Positions 29,140 through 40,023 of a stretch of DNA of 64,000 nucleotides are shown here, piece after piece. The stretch's first letter is position 1. Every line of letters begins with the position of its first letter. The DNA comes from Gemmatimonadales bacterium (GTDB taxonomy: Bacteria > Gemmatimonadota > Gemmatimonadetes > Gemmatimonadales > GWC2-71-9). The translations under genes were made by a program, and so were the position numbers. The DNA lies in assembly GCA_037189525.1 (NCBI GenBank), contig JBBCJC010000005.1, positions 512,001 through 576,000 on the forward strand, given 5' to 3'. The notes under the pieces were generated by a model. The model saw only the letters and a program-made list of their open reading frames with translations. It was not told the DNA's origin and searched no databases.

Positions 29140-31557
29140 TTGGTCACACGTCCCTTCGTCCAACCCGGGCGCCTCGTCACGGCGGCGCTCGTATCTCTAA
29201 TGCTGGCCGGCTGCGGCTCGAGCCAGACCACGAACCCGAACCCGCCGGCACCGCCACCCCCTCCACCTCCTCCACCACCACCCGCCGCGCCGACGATCGC
29301 GCTCTCCAGCCCGACCATCGAGCTCAAGGGCGTCGGGACGACCGGCACGCTCACGGCGACGATCACGCCGAGCACCGCGACGGTCACCTGGACGGTAGAC
29401 AAGCCCGCCGTGGCCACCGTGGCCGGCGCTGGGATCAATGCCACCGTCACGGCGGTCGGAGCCGGAACGGCTCAGATCACCGCAACGGCCACGAATAGCG
29501 GCCAGACCGCCAGCGCCCACACGACGATCACGGTCGTGCCCGGCATCCGCGCCGTGAGCATCGAGCCCGCGCTGGACACGATTGCCATCGGCGGCACTCG
29601 CACCTTCACCGCCAGTGTGGAAGCCGACTCCGGCGCCGCGGTCGACGTGACATGGCGTTCGAGCGCACCAGCCGTGGCGACGATCGGCAGCGGAGGTACC
29701 GTAACCGCGCTGGCGGCGGGGACGACGACGATCACCGTGCTATCGACCGCCGATACGACCAAACGCGCCTCGGCCACGCTGGTCGTTCGCAGCGGACCAA
29801 CCTTTCCGCTCTCCTGGAGCGAAACCGAAGACGGGATCATCGGCGGATCGGCGTCGCCGACGTTCAACGAGTACGCCAGCCGCCCCGACGGCCTGGTGTA
29901 TGCCGTCGGCAATGCAGGCGCCCTCGCCTCTCGCCCCCCGGGCGGCGAGTGGACTACGATTGCGACACCCGTCGGCACCGATCTGACGCGCATATCCGCA
30001 CCAAGCAATGACTCCGCCTGGGCGGCCGGCGCGGACGGCGTCATTCTCGCCCGTCGCGGCGACAGCTGGGTGGTCGAGCCGACCGGCATCACGGATCCGA
30101 TCCTCTCGCTGGCGATGCGGGCCAACGGCACGGGGTTCGCACTCGCGCGCAGTACCGGTAACCCGTCGATCGTGCTCGAGCGCTCGGGCGGCGTGTGGAG
30201 CCCGATTACCGTCCCCGCCGCGTCGGCGTTCAGTCGCGTGGGCAACCTCTCCGTCGCGGGGAATACGGTCTATGCCTACGCGTCAACCAATGCCGGGGCT
30301 CCGGGCGGCATCCTCTTCCGCCGCACCGGCACGGCCTGGAGCACCACGTCGGGGGCCACGAGCACACCGAACGGTTCGACCGTGCTGGCGCTGTCGGACA
30401 CGGACGCGCTGGTCGCCGGCGAAGCGCCGATCGGCACTGCCAGTATCTGGCGGGTAAGCAACACTACCTGGCAGCGGGAGTGGGTGAGCCCGGTCCCCAG
30501 CACCGCCAACTTCGCCAATCGGTTCATCCGCTGCACGGACGGCAGTATCATGGCCGGCACGTCGCATCGCGTGACCGTGTTCCGCACCGGCACGAGTTGG
30601 ACCGAACACCAGGCGCTGGCATTCCCCGGCATCGGACACGGCGCGGGTGTCCCGCTGACATGCCGCTCCTCGTCGGATTGGGACTATGAGAACGGACGCG
30701 TGGTCGGCTCGACGGTGACTGTCGAATCCTTCCGTCTCGGCAATGGCTCGGCACGGGTCAGCGCGGGTCCGTCGCGCGCGTTCATCACCGGCAGCAATAC
30801 CAATCGTGCGCTCGTCTGGGACGGCGTGATCTGGAAACCGCTGTTCATTCCTTCGTCGAGTTTCAATCTCAACTTCGGACCCTCATTTGCCGTCACCGGG
30901 CCGAACTCGGCTCGCGCTATTGCCACCGAGTGGGTCGGGACCTGGAACGGGGCGGCGTGGAGTTGGACGACGCTGTCCATTCCCGGGCGCGCCATGTGGG
31001 CGTCCGGTCCGAATGACGTCTGGGCCGTCGGGAGCCGGGGTTCCGGCATCCCGTCCATTCCGGCCATCCACCGGTATACCGGTTCCTGGCAGCCACAGGT
31101 ACCGTCCGCTCTCGACATCACGGCGTTGAACGTGCACGGCACCGGGCCCGGGATCATCTTTGCCAATACGCCAAGGACGATGCTCCGCTCCACCCCGGCC
31201 GGGATCCTCGAGGATCAGGTCGACCAGCGCGGATCGTCGACCCTTGCGGACGTCGTTGCGTTTTCCGCAACCTCCGCAATCGCGGTGGGAACTTCGGGGT
31301 ACGTCGCCCGATACGACGGAGAGCGTTGGGCCCGGCTCGCGTCGCCCACGGCGGAGAACTTCGTGAGTGTGACGGGACGCAGCCCTACCGAGGTGTATGC
31401 CTTCACCGACCAGGGCAAGCTCTATGGTTTCGACGGCACCGATTGGGCTCTGATCCGTGCGTTCAGCCGGCCGGTCCGACATGCGCGGCTTGCGGGCAAT
31501 CTGATCATCGGCGCCGGCGACGACGGCCTGATCGTCTACGGCAGGCCGTTGCAATAA
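29140..31557 (+). CDS. Lipoprotein with poly-Pro linker, Ig-like domains and Trp-repeat beta-propeller
   Basis: LAGC lipobox, WRSSAPAVATI, repeated (A/V)WA.G..G and ydG..W motifs. Confidence 0.75.
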   Translation: MVTRPFVQPGRLVTAALVSLMLAGCGSSQTTNPNPPAPPPPPPPPPPPAAPTIALSSPTIELKGVGTTGTLTATITPSTATVTWTVDKPAVATVAGAGINATVTAVGAGTAQITATATNSGQTASAHTTITVVPGIRAVSIEPALDTIAIGGTRTFTASVEADSGAAVDVTWRSSAPAVATIGSGGTVTALAAGTTTITVLSTADTTKRASATLVVRSGPTFPLSWSETEDGIIGGSASPTFNEYASRPDGLVYAVGNAGALASRPPGGEWTTIATPVGTDLTRISAPSNDSAWAAGADGVILARRGDSWVVEPTGITDPILSLAMRANGTGFALARSTGNPSIVLERSGGVWSPITVPAASAFSRVGNLSVAGNTVYAYASTNAGAPGGILFRRTGTAWSTTSGATSTPNGSTVLALSDTDALVAGEAPIGTASIWRVSNTTWQREWVSPVPSTANFANRFIRCTDGSIMAGTSHRVTVFRTGTSWTEHQALAFPGIGHGAGVPLTCRSSSDWDYENGRVVGSTVTVESFRLGNGSARVSAGPSRAFITGSNTNRALVWDGVIWKPLFIPSSSFNLNFGPSFAVTGPNSARAIATEWVGTWNGAAWSWTTLSIPGRAMWASGPNDVWAVGSRGSGIPSIPAIHRYTGSWQPQVPSALDITALNVHGTGPGIIFANTPRTMLRSTPAGILEDQVDQRGSSTLADVVAFSATSAIAVGTSGYVARYDGERWARLASPTAENFVSVTGRSPTEVYAFTDQGKLYGFDGTDWALIRAFSRPVRHARLAGNLIIGAGDDGLIVYGRPLQ

Positions 31558-31734
31558 CACACCAGGCACGGACACGTCGCGGCGCTCCCTCGGGGTGCTC
31601 GGGCGTCCTGCCCTCGCGCGATGCGGAGATGTGGCGTAGCTTCAAAACGGGCGGTGAGAGAAGCCGTTGCACCTACTGTGACGGTCATCGATCCCGTTCT
31701 GCCGTAGTCCACTTCGAACCGCACGGAGACGACC

Positions 31735-33285
31735 ATGACGACTGCATCTCGACCGGAGACCGCCACGCTGCCGGAACTCGCGGCCAGTTATACGCCCGCG
31801 ATCCCGATCCGTGCCCGATACGACAACTGGATCGCCGGCGAGTACGTGCCGCCGGCCCGGGGGCAATACTTCGTCAATCCGTCGCCGATCACCGGACAAC
31901 CGCTCTGTGAGGTGGCGCGTTCGACGCACGAAGACGTCGATCGCGCTCTCGATGCCGCGCATGCCGCCGCGGTGAGTTGGAACACCACGTCCCCCACCTA
32001 TCGCGCCAATATCCTCAGCAAAATCGCCGACCGGCTCGAAGCCAATGTCGAGACCTTGGCGTTCATCGAAACGATGGACAACGGGAAACCGATTCGGGAA
32101 TCGACGTATGCGGACCTGCCGCTCGCCGTCGACCACTTCCGGTACTTCGCCGGTGTGATTCGTGCGCAGGAAGGGACCTTGAGTGAAGTTGACCAGGACA
32201 CGGTCGCATACCACTTCCATGAGCCGCTGGGCGTCGTCGGACAGATCATTCCGTGGAACTTCCCGCTGCTGATGGCCACCTGGAAACTGGCCCCCGCGCT
32301 CGCAGCCGGAAATTGCGTCGTCTTGAAACCGGCGGAACAGACACCGGTCTCGATCATGGCCTTCATGGAGCTGATTGCCGACATTCTGCCGAGCGGCGTC
32401 GTCAACGTCGTACAGGGCTTCGGCATTGAAGCCGGCAAACCGCTCGCGTCGAGTCCGCGCATTGCCAAGATCGCCTTCACGGGCGAGACCACGACCGGCC
32501 GCCTGATCATGCAGTACGCATCCGAGAACCTGATTCCCGTCACACTGGAACTCGGGGGCAAGTCGCCCAACATCTTCTTTGCCGACGTCATGGAGGCCGA
32601 CGACGACTTCTTCGACAAAGCGCTCGAAGGATTCGCGATGTTTGCCCTCAACCAGGGCGAGGTCTGTACCTGTCCGTCGCGCGTGCTGGTACAGGAATCG
32701 ATCTTCGACCGCTTCATCGAACGCGCCGTCGCACGGACCCGGAAGATCGTCGAAGGCAACCCGCTCGACCCCGCCACGATGATCGGTGCGCAAGCCTCCA
32801 ATGACCAGCTCGAGAAGATCCTGAGCTATATCGACATCGGGAAGCAGGAGGGCGCGGAAGTGCTCACCGGCGGAGCCCGCCGGGTACACGACGGTGAGCT
32901 CAAGGAGGGTTATTACGTGCAACCGACGATTTTCCGGGGGCACAACAAGATGCGGATCTTCCAGGAAGAGATCTTCGGTCCGGTGGTTGCCGTCACCACG
33001 TTCAAGGATTTCGACGACGCTCTCTCGCTCGCCAATGATACGCTCTACGGCCTGGGCGCCGGTGTCTGGAGCCGCGACGTCAACACCTGCTATCGAATGG
33101 GACGCGGGATCAAGGCCGGACGGGTGTGGACCAACTGCTACCACGCGTACCCGGCCCATGCGGCATTCGGAGGTTACAAGCAGTCGGGTATCGGCCGGGA
33201 GACGCACCGGATGATGCTCAACCACTATCAGAACACCAAGAACTTGCTGGTGAGCTACAGCCCCAAGAAGCTCGGGTTCTTCTGA
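31735..33285 (+). CDS. aldB: NAD-dependent aldehyde dehydrogenase (AldB/ExaC type)
   Basis: [46 protein letters not shown]. Confidence 0.93.
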   Translation: MTTASRPETATLPELAASYTPAIPIRARYDNWIAGEYVPPARGQYFVNPSPITGQPLCEVARSTHEDVDRALDAAHAAAVSWNTTSPTYRANILSKIADRLEANVETLAFIETMDNGKPIRESTYADLPLAVDHFRYFAGVIRAQEGTLSEVDQDTVAYHFHEPLGVVGQIIPWNFPLLMATWKLAPALAAGNCVVLKPAEQTPVSIMAFMELIADILPSGVVNVVQGFGIEAGKPLASSPRIAKIAFTGETTTGRLIMQYASENLIPVTLELGGKSPNIFFADVMEADDDFFDKALEGFAMFALNQGEVCTCPSRVLVQESIFDRFIERAVARTRKIVEGNPLDPATMIGAQASNDQLEKILSYIDIGKQEGAEVLTGGARRVHDGELKEGYYVQPTIFRGHNKMRIFQEEIFGPVVAVTTFKDFDDALSLANDTLYGLGAGVWSRDVNTCYRMGRGIKAGRVWTNCYHAYPAHAAFGGYKQSGIGRETHRMMLNHYQNTKNLLVSYSPKKLGFF

Positions 33286-33713
33286 TGCAGGTATCCCGGG
33301 TGGACATTACGCCCGAGGCCCAGGCTGTGCTGCGCCAGCTCGTGGTGCAGCACGGCCCGTTACTCTTCCATCAATCGGGTGGCTGCTGCGACGGGAGCGC
33401 ACCGATGTGCTATCCCCAGGCCGAGTTTCGTGTCGGCCAGCGAGATGTCCACCTGGGTGACGTGGACGGCGTGCCCGTCTACATCGGCGGCCACCAATTC
33501 CCCGCCTGGGAGCATACCCAGCTGGTGATCGACGTAGTGCCCGGACGCGGCAGCGGTTTTTCCGTCGAGGCGCCGTTGGGTGTCCGGTTCCTCACCCGGT
33601 CCCGCGTATTCGATCCCGTCGAGCAGGCCTGGCTCTCCGGCTGCCCTCCGCGGATCGGCCCCGACGAGAACCAGACCGCTTCGCCCGGCGACGTCACCAG
33701 TCCGACCCGCTGA
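33285..33713 (+). CDS. DUF779 domain protein
   Basis: HGPLLFHQSGGCCDGSAPMC...GRGSGFSVEAP; translationally coupled to the aldehyde dehydrogenase. Confidence 0.88.
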   Translation: MQVSRVDITPEAQAVLRQLVVQHGPLLFHQSGGCCDGSAPMCYPQAEFRVGQRDVHLGDVDGVPVYIGGHQFPAWEHTQLVIDVVPGRGSGFSVEAPLGVRFLTRSRVFDPVEQAWLSGCPPRIGPDENQTASPGDVTSPTR

Positions 33714-33829
33714 TCGGACAGCGCCGTCTCAAATCGTCGTGACAATCCGTTGGCGGCGTTAGTATTGAAGGACCGTTCGTCCGATCGGTCATTGCCACGC
33801 CCAGCTTCGTCCCGAACCCGTACCTGCTC

Positions 33830-35305
33830 ATGAAACGGCTCCTCGTCGTTCTTCTGGTTGTCCTGATCGCCCTTGCCGGCATGATGGTAGTGCGCGCGCT
33901 GCGCATGGCTCCCGCAGCCGCGCTGGCCGAGACGGACGGATTCAGTCCGATCAGCTTCGACACGACCGGGGCGGCTACCCGATTGGCGGGGGCAGTCCGC
34001 TTCCCGACCGTGTCAATGAGTTCCGGCGGGCCGATCGACACCGCCGCCTTTCTCGGCTTGCACGAATACCTCGAGAGCGCATTTCCGCTCGTTGCGCAGC
34101 AGCTGACACGCGAACGGATCGCCGGTTTGAGCCTGATCTATACCTGGCCGGGTACCGATCCATCGCTCGATCCGGTGGTGCTGATGGGGCACGTAGACGT
34201 GGTCCCCGTTCCGGAACCGACGCTCGATCAGTGGGCCCATCCGCCGTTCGACGGCGCAATCGCCGACGGGTTCGTCTGGGGCCGCGGCACGCTGGACGAC
34301 AAAACGACCGTACTGTCGATCCTCGAAGCCGTCGAAGCGCTGCTTCGCGCCGGCTATCGTCCGCCGCGAACCGTGTATCTGATGTTCGGCCACGATGAAG
34401 AGGTCGGGGGACGATTCGGCGCCGGCGTCGCCGTAGACACGCTGGTCAATCGGGGCGTCAAACCGGCCCTGATTCTCGACGAGGGCGGCTTCATGGCGGC
34501 CAATCTGATGCCCGGCATCGAGCGGCGCATCGCGATCGTCGGCGTGGCCGAGAAGGGGTATCTGAGCCTGCGGCTTCGCGCCAAGGCGGCGGGCGGACAT
34601 TCATCGATGCCGCCCGGTCGCACCGCCGTCGGAGCGCTCAGTCGCGCTATCATGCGGCTCGAAACCAATCCGTTCCCTCGAAGTCTCGAAGGTCCAACTC
34701 GTCACATGCTGGAGGCCATGGCGCCCTACATGGCGTTCGGCCAGCGCGTGGTGCTCAGCAACCTGTGGCTGACTGCGCCGCTGGTCAGCCAGACGCTCGC
34801 TGCGAACCCGTTGAGTGCGGCGCTGCAGCGCACCACGACGGCCCCGACGATGCTCCAGGCCGGCATCAAGGACAACGTACTGCCGCCCGAAGCAACCGCG
34901 GTGGTCAACTTCAGGATCCGGCCCGGTGAAACGTCCGCATCAGTGACGGCGCGCGTGGCCGAAATCATTGCGGACTCACAAATCGTGATCGAACCGGTCG
35001 ATCCCGGGGTCGATCCCTCGCCCGTTTCCGATGTGAAGTCCGCTGCGTATGAACTGGTGCGTGAAACGATCCGGCGGATGATTCCCGGCGAGGATACTCC
35101 GGTGATTCCCTACCTGGTGATGGGCGGCACGGACGCCAAGTACTGGGCCCGGCACAGTGACAAGACATTCCGTTTTCTTCCGATTCCGCTCGGCGATGGC
35201 GACCGGGAACGGATCCATGGCGTCAATGAGCGTGTGTCGCTCGGTGATTACGCCATGTCGGTCGGATTCTTCGGCCGATTGCTGCAGTCGCTCGATCGAC
35301 TGTAG
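33830..35305 (+). CDS. M20 family metallopeptidase (Gly-X carboxypeptidase/PM20D1-like)
   Basis: GHVDVVP, GRGTLDDK, GHDEE, GGTD, IHGVNE. Confidence 0.92.
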   Translation: MKRLLVVLLVVLIALAGMMVVRALRMAPAAALAETDGFSPISFDTTGAATRLAGAVRFPTVSMSSGGPIDTAAFLGLHEYLESAFPLVAQQLTRERIAGLSLIYTWPGTDPSLDPVVLMGHVDVVPVPEPTLDQWAHPPFDGAIADGFVWGRGTLDDKTTVLSILEAVEALLRAGYRPPRTVYLMFGHDEEVGGRFGAGVAVDTLVNRGVKPALILDEGGFMAANLMPGIERRIAIVGVAEKGYLSLRLRAKAAGGHSSMPPGRTAVGALSRAIMRLETNPFPRSLEGPTRHMLEAMAPYMAFGQRVVLSNLWLTAPLVSQTLAANPLSAALQRTTTAPTMLQAGIKDNVLPPEATAVVNFRIRPGETSASVTARVAEIIADSQIVIEPVDPGVDPSPVSDVKSAAYELVRETIRRMIPGEDTPVIPYLVMGGTDAKYWARHSDKTFRFLPIPLGDGDRERIHGVNERVSLGDYAMSVGFFGRLLQSLDRL

Positions 35306-35336
35306 CCGATCCGTCCCGGCGCCACGCCACGAGGCG

Positions 35337-35567
35337 CTATTCGATGCGCACCGAAATCGGGTCGCTGGTGGGCATCGTTTCCTGCAACGCCTCGTCGAGC
35401 CGGGCTTCTTCGTTCCGGCCCGGCCGGCCAAGCGGCGTATCCGCCGGCTGCGCGGTGATCTGCGACGGCGTGGTCGGCCCAGGTTCGCCGCACTCGGGCT
35501 GCCCCGAAAACCAGCGGCGGATTCGGGCGACCAACGACTGAAACACGCCTGAAGTACGATCAGTCAT
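35337..35567 (-). CDS. Small hypothetical protein with LDEALxETxPxSDP motif
   Basis: Strong SD AAGGAGG before ATG 35567; C-terminal LDEALQETMPTSDP. Confidence 0.6.
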   Translation of the reverse strand: MTDRTSGVFQSLVARIRRWFSGQPECGEPGPTTPSQITAQPADTPLGRPGRNEEARLDEALQETMPTSDPISVRIE

Positions 35568-35761
35568 CGCAACGTCCTCCTTCTCGACGATGGTAGTGGG
35601 AGGCCCTCGAACGCGCCCGCCCTTAAAACTCGGACGACCGACATCACACGGCCGCACACACGCCGCGATATGAGTCCTGCACGAAACGATCGGTTTCCGA
35701 GCCTCGGACCAATCAGGTATCATTCCTCCCCTACTCTCGTGCCCGTACCGGAGGCCGCGCG

Positions 35762-36592
35762 TTGACGATCGAGATCCGCCCCGCTGCAACCATTCTGCTG
35801 CTCCGTGATGCATCCGCCGGCCCCGAAGTCTTCATGGTCCGCCGCAATCGGAACTCGGCATTCGTCGGCGGCGCCTACGTCTTTCCCGGCGGCCGGGTCG
35901 ATCCAACGGACACCATCGATCCGCGTCGCTGCGTCGGACTCGACCCCGACACTGCCGATCAGCGGCTCGGCCTGTCCGGACAGGGCCTGTCGTTTCATGT
36001 CGCGGCCGTGCGCGAGTGCTTCGAGGAAGCCGGCGTCCTGCTCGCCTATGACCGTCATGGGACCTTGCTCGACTTCGGTACGCCGGACGCCGATGCGCAC
36101 TACCGGTCGCTGCGCGATCGCCTGAATGCCGGCACCCTTTCGTTCGCCGAGTTGATCGAGCAGGAAGATCTGTTCTTGGCCCTGGATCGTTTGGCCTATC
36201 TCTCCCATTGGATCACGCCCATGGGCGAACCTCGACGCTTCGACACCCGTTTCTTCGTTGCCGAAGCGCCCGCCCATCAGGTCGCGGCCCACGACGACTG
36301 GGAGCTGACGGAATCGGACTGGGTCGCGCCGAGCGAGGCGATCGAGCGGGCCCGGAAGCGGGAGTGGCAGGTCATTCTGCCCACGGTCGCCAATCTTCAG
36401 TCGGTCGCTGCGCATCGGTCGGCCGCGGATGCCGTCCGTTGGGCCCGCAATCAGGCATTGCCCTTGACCGCCTTTCTGCCCAAGGTCTATCAGGGGCGGC
36501 TGGTGCTCCCCGGCGACGACGACTACGATCTGGGCGAACCGGACATCTCCCTGCTCGATCGCGAAGGACGGGAACGCGCGTTCCTGCCATGA
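35762..36592 (+). CDS. NUDIX hydrolase (NUDT19-like)
   Basis: RPAAT.LLLRD, YVFPGGRVD, AAVRECFEEAG, WITP..PRRFDTRFF. Confidence 0.9.
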   Translation: MTIEIRPAATILLLRDASAGPEVFMVRRNRNSAFVGGAYVFPGGRVDPTDTIDPRRCVGLDPDTADQRLGLSGQGLSFHVAAVRECFEEAGVLLAYDRHGTLLDFGTPDADAHYRSLRDRLNAGTLSFAELIEQEDLFLALDRLAYLSHWITPMGEPRRFDTRFFVAEAPAHQVAAHDDWELTESDWVAPSEAIERARKREWQVILPTVANLQSVAAHRSAADAVRWARNQALPLTAFLPKVYQGRLVLPGDDDYDLGEPDISLLDREGRERAFLP

Positions 36593-37443
36593 CGCCACCA
36601 ATCCGCTACGACGAGGTCGTCGCCCTCTCGCCGTCGATCCGCCGCATCACCCAGCAGAATCCCGGACCGTTTACCGGCCAGGGCACCAATACGCACCTGA
36701 TCGGGACCACGCAGCTGGCCATTCTCGATCCGGGCGAAATCCGAGACGACGGCCACGCCGAACGGATCATCGACGCCGTGGGCAGCGCATCGGTCACGGC
36801 GGTGATTCCGAGCCATGGCCATCCAGACCATTGGCCGCTCGTTCCGCATCTTGCCGAGCGGCTGGGCGCTCCGGTCATGTTCTTCGGAACCCACCCCGAG
36901 TTCCGGGTCGACCGATCCCTCGCGGATCGCGACACGCTCCCGGTGGGTGACGCCCTGCTCCACGTCCTGCACACCCCGGGACACACCGCCGACCACCTCT
37001 CGTTCCACTACCCGGCCGAGCAGGCCCTCTTCCCGGGCGACACGGTCATGGCGTGGTCGAGCACCATCATCATGCCCCCCGAAGGCAATCTGCCGGACTA
37101 CCTCGCCTCGCTGGAGCGGATGCTCGAGCTGCCCAATCTTGCGGCACTCTACCCCGCGCATGGGGAAGCGATCGTCGATCCGTACGGTCGGATCAGGGCG
37201 TTGCGAGACCACCGGATGATGCGGACGCGCCAGGCGCTCGACGCGCTGGCGCAGCAACCGGACACCCTGGACGGGCTGGTTCACCGGATTTATACCGATA
37301 TCGACCCCGCGCTCCATCCGGCAGCTGCGCAATCGCTGCTGGCCCATCTGCTGGCGCTGGAGTCGTCGGGCGAGGTGGCGCGAGAGGAAACGACTGCGCC
37401 GCCATCCCGAACCGAGCGATGGCGGCGCCTCAGGACAAACTGA
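36589..37443 (+). CDS. MBL-fold metallo-hydrolase (LACTB2-like)
   Basis: NPGPFT.QGTNT, HGHPDH, HTPGHTADH, PAHG; ATGA overlap. Confidence 0.9.
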   Translation: MTPPIRYDEVVALSPSIRRITQQNPGPFTGQGTNTHLIGTTQLAILDPGEIRDDGHAERIIDAVGSASVTAVIPSHGHPDHWPLVPHLAERLGAPVMFFGTHPEFRVDRSLADRDTLPVGDALLHVLHTPGHTADHLSFHYPAEQALFPGDTVMAWSSTIIMPPEGNLPDYLASLERMLELPNLAALYPAHGEAIVDPYGRIRALRDHRMMRTRQALDALAQQPDTLDGLVHRIYTDIDPALHPAAAQSLLAHLLALESSGEVAREETTAPPSRTERWRRLRTN

Positions 37444-37448
37444 CCGAG

Positions 37449-38963
37449 CTACTTCCGCTTGAAGGTGATGTCCGAAACGTTAGGCTCGAGCGGAACCGCG
37501 ACCTGATCGATCTCGCCCTTGCCGTTGGTCAGGAACCGCAGCCGACCGCCGAACGGCACCACGTTGCCCGGATCATTGATCTCCCAGACATCGTAATGGA
37601 AGTGCTCCAGCGCCACGCGATGCGGATCGAGCGTCGCCGAGAGCTTGCCGCCGTCGACGGTCACCACCAGCGTGCCGTAACCGGGATGCTCGAAGCTTCC
37701 GGCATACGCGTTGATCGGATGGCTGGGCGAGGTGCCAGTCTTCCGCTCGGCCTTGCGTTCAGCCTCTCGCTTGGCCGCCCGGGCACGATCTTCGGCCTGC
37801 GCCGTGCGAACCCGCGCGGCCCAGTCCACCGTCGGCGCACCGAGCAAGCGATCATATAAGGTGCGCATCACCATCACCGGCACCGGATTGTCCCCGGAGA
37901 AGTTGGTCAGCACCATGATGCCGACCTTGCGATCCGGCAGCCAGGACATCGACGAGATGAAGCCGTCGATGCCCCCGCCGTGAACCAGAAGCTTGTGGCC
38001 GCGATAGGTCGACACCCCCACGCCGAGTCCGTAGTTGCCCAGGCCAAGTTCGGGATAGTCGAACCCGCCACCCGAGACCATGTGCGGGCTCTGCATCAAC
38101 CGCTCCTGGGCCTCGGAGACCAGGCGTTTCCCCCCCACCGTGCCCTGGTCGATCCGGAACTGGATGTACTTGAGCATGTCTTCCACGCTCGCATTGATCG
38201 ACCCCGCAGGCCCCACCGCATCGATGTTCCGGACCGGGACCCGGACCACCGAGTCGTTCCGCATCAGGTAGGGTTGGGCAAAGTCGCCGGCGCGCGGCAG
38301 ATCATTGGCCGACGGACTGGCGCGGGTCATGCCGAGCGGGGTGAAGATCCGTTCCTGGAGCTGCTGTTCCCAGGTCTTGCCGCTCAGCCGCTCGGTCAGC
38401 ACTCCCGCCGCCATGAACATCAGGTTCTGATACTGGTAGCGCGACCGGATCGATGCGCTAGGCTCGATGTAGTGAAGCCGCTGATAGAGTTGCTCCCGGG
38501 TAAACGGCCGCCCGTACCAGAGGTTGTCATGCCGCGGCAGCCCGGAGCGGTGGGTGACCAGATCCTTGGGCGTCAACTCCTGGGTGGCAATCTCGTCATA
38601 GAGGCGAAAGTCGGGGAGATAGGTTCGAACCGGCGTATCCCAGTCGAGCTTCTTCTCGTCCGCGAGCATGGCCATCAGCACCGCGGTGAAGGACTTGGAA
38701 TTGGAACCGATGGCCATCACGGTCTGCGGCGTGACGGGCAGCTTTGCCTCGACATCGCGGAGCCCGTACCCCTTCATGAACACGACCTTGCCATCCTGTA
38801 CCGCCCCCACCGCGAGGCCCGGGATCTTCCACTCGGCCATGACGGAGGTAACCCACTGATCGAACCCGGTAAGGTTGGGCGCCGACGACCGTTGCGCCGA
38901 GAGCGGCGCAATCAGGACGAAGAACGACGCCAGGAGGAACGTGACCCGGGAGAGGCGACGCAT
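37449..38963 (-). CDS. Secreted serine hydrolase with DUF3471-like C-terminus
   Basis: GSNSKSF, YQYQN, HGGGIDGF, YAGSFEHPGYG. Confidence 0.9.
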   Translation of the reverse strand: MRRLSRVTFLLASFFVLIAPLSAQRSSAPNLTGFDQWVTSVMAEWKIPGLAVGAVQDGKVVFMKGYGLRDVEAKLPVTPQTVMAIGSNSKSFTAVLMAMLADEKKLDWDTPVRTYLPDFRLYDEIATQELTPKDLVTHRSGLPRHDNLWYGRPFTREQLYQRLHYIEPSASIRSRYQYQNLMFMAAGVLTERLSGKTWEQQLQERIFTPLGMTRASPSANDLPRAGDFAQPYLMRNDSVVRVPVRNIDAVGPAGSINASVEDMLKYIQFRIDQGTVGGKRLVSEAQERLMQSPHMVSGGGFDYPELGLGNYGLGVGVSTYRGHKLLVHGGGIDGFISSMSWLPDRKVGIMVLTNFSGDNPVPVMVMRTLYDRLLGAPTVDWAARVRTAQAEDRARAAKREAERKAERKTGTSPSHPINAYAGSFEHPGYGTLVVTVDGGKLSATLDPHRVALEHFHYDVWEINDPGNVVPFGGRLRFLTNGKGEIDQVAVPLEPNVSDITFKRK

Positions 38964-39069
38964 CGAAACCTCGTGACTTGATGGAGGGAGGATTTGTATA
39001 CAATTCAAACATAGCGCCCGACTTCAACCGACGGAAGCGTTTCCCGATGAACGGCGATAGGTTACCCGC

Positions 39070-39948
39070 ATGATCGTCCATCTGATCGACGGAACCTTCG
39101 AGCTGTTCCGGCATTTCTACGCCGTCCCCTCCGCCTCCGACCGCGCGGGGCGCGAGGTCGGCGCCACGATCGGCGTCCTCAACTCGATGCTCCGCCTCCT
39201 CGAAAGCGGCGCGACGCACATCGGTGTCGCCACCGACCACGTGATCGAGTCGTTCCGCAACGACCTCTGGTCGGAGTATAAAACCGGCGACGGCATCGAC
39301 CCCGCGCTGTTTGCCCAGTTCCATCCGCTCGAGGCCGCGCTCCGCTCGATGGGCGTGGTAGTCTGGCCGATGATCGAACTCGAAGCCGACGACGGACTCG
39401 CATCGGCCGCGCGCCTCGCCGCCGCCGACCCGCGGGTCGAGCGCGTTATGATCTGCACCCCGGACAAAGACCTGAGCCAATCCGTCAGCGGCGACCGGAT
39501 CGTGCAGTTCGATCGGATGCGTCGCCAGGTGCGCAATGAGGAGGGCGTCCTTGCCAAGTTCGGGGTGCCACCCGCCTCGATTCCCGATTGGCTCGCGCTG
39601 GTGGGCGACACGGCCGACGGGTACCCCGGCCTGACCGGATGGGGAGAGAAGAGCGCCGCCACCGTCCTGGCGTACTACCGGCACATCGAAGCCATCCCGT
39701 CGGACCCGACGACCTGGGCCGTCACCGTTCGCGGCGCGACCCGGCTTGCCGCCACCTTGGCCGCTGAGCGGGAAACGGCTCTGCTCTTCCGTCGGCTCGC
39801 CACCCTTCGCGCCGACGCCGAGTTGTTTCGCGATGTCGAAGCGCTGCGATGGACCGGGGCAACGTCGGACTTCGAGGCTCTGGCCACCCAACTCGATGCA
39901 CCGGGGTTGGCCGTCTGGGCCGGACGGATCGCGGCAGCCCGCAGGTAA
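39070..39948 (+). CDS. Stand-alone 5'-3' exonuclease / flap endonuclease
   Basis: HLIDGT, FRN..YK, EADD, DKDL, LVGDTADGYPG..GWGEKSA. Confidence 0.92.
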   Translation: MIVHLIDGTFELFRHFYAVPSASDRAGREVGATIGVLNSMLRLLESGATHIGVATDHVIESFRNDLWSEYKTGDGIDPALFAQFHPLEAALRSMGVVVWPMIELEADDGLASAARLAAADPRVERVMICTPDKDLSQSVSGDRIVQFDRMRRQVRNEEGVLAKFGVPPASIPDWLALVGDTADGYPGLTGWGEKSAATVLAYYRHIEAIPSDPTTWAVTVRGATRLAATLAAERETALLFRRLATLRADAELFRDVEALRWTGATSDFEALATQLDAPGLAVWAGRIAAARR

Positions 39949-40023
39949 GCCGCATCCGGCCTCGCGGCCCGTCACCGCCGTCCGTACTTTTCCCGGCAAT
40001 CATTCTTCATCACACGGCGTCTC

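Noticed and set aside
31677..31692. Fourth Crp box upstream of the aldehyde dehydrogenase (TGTGA-CGGTCA-TCGAT)
   Set aside because: The right half-site is a poor match, so support is insufficient.
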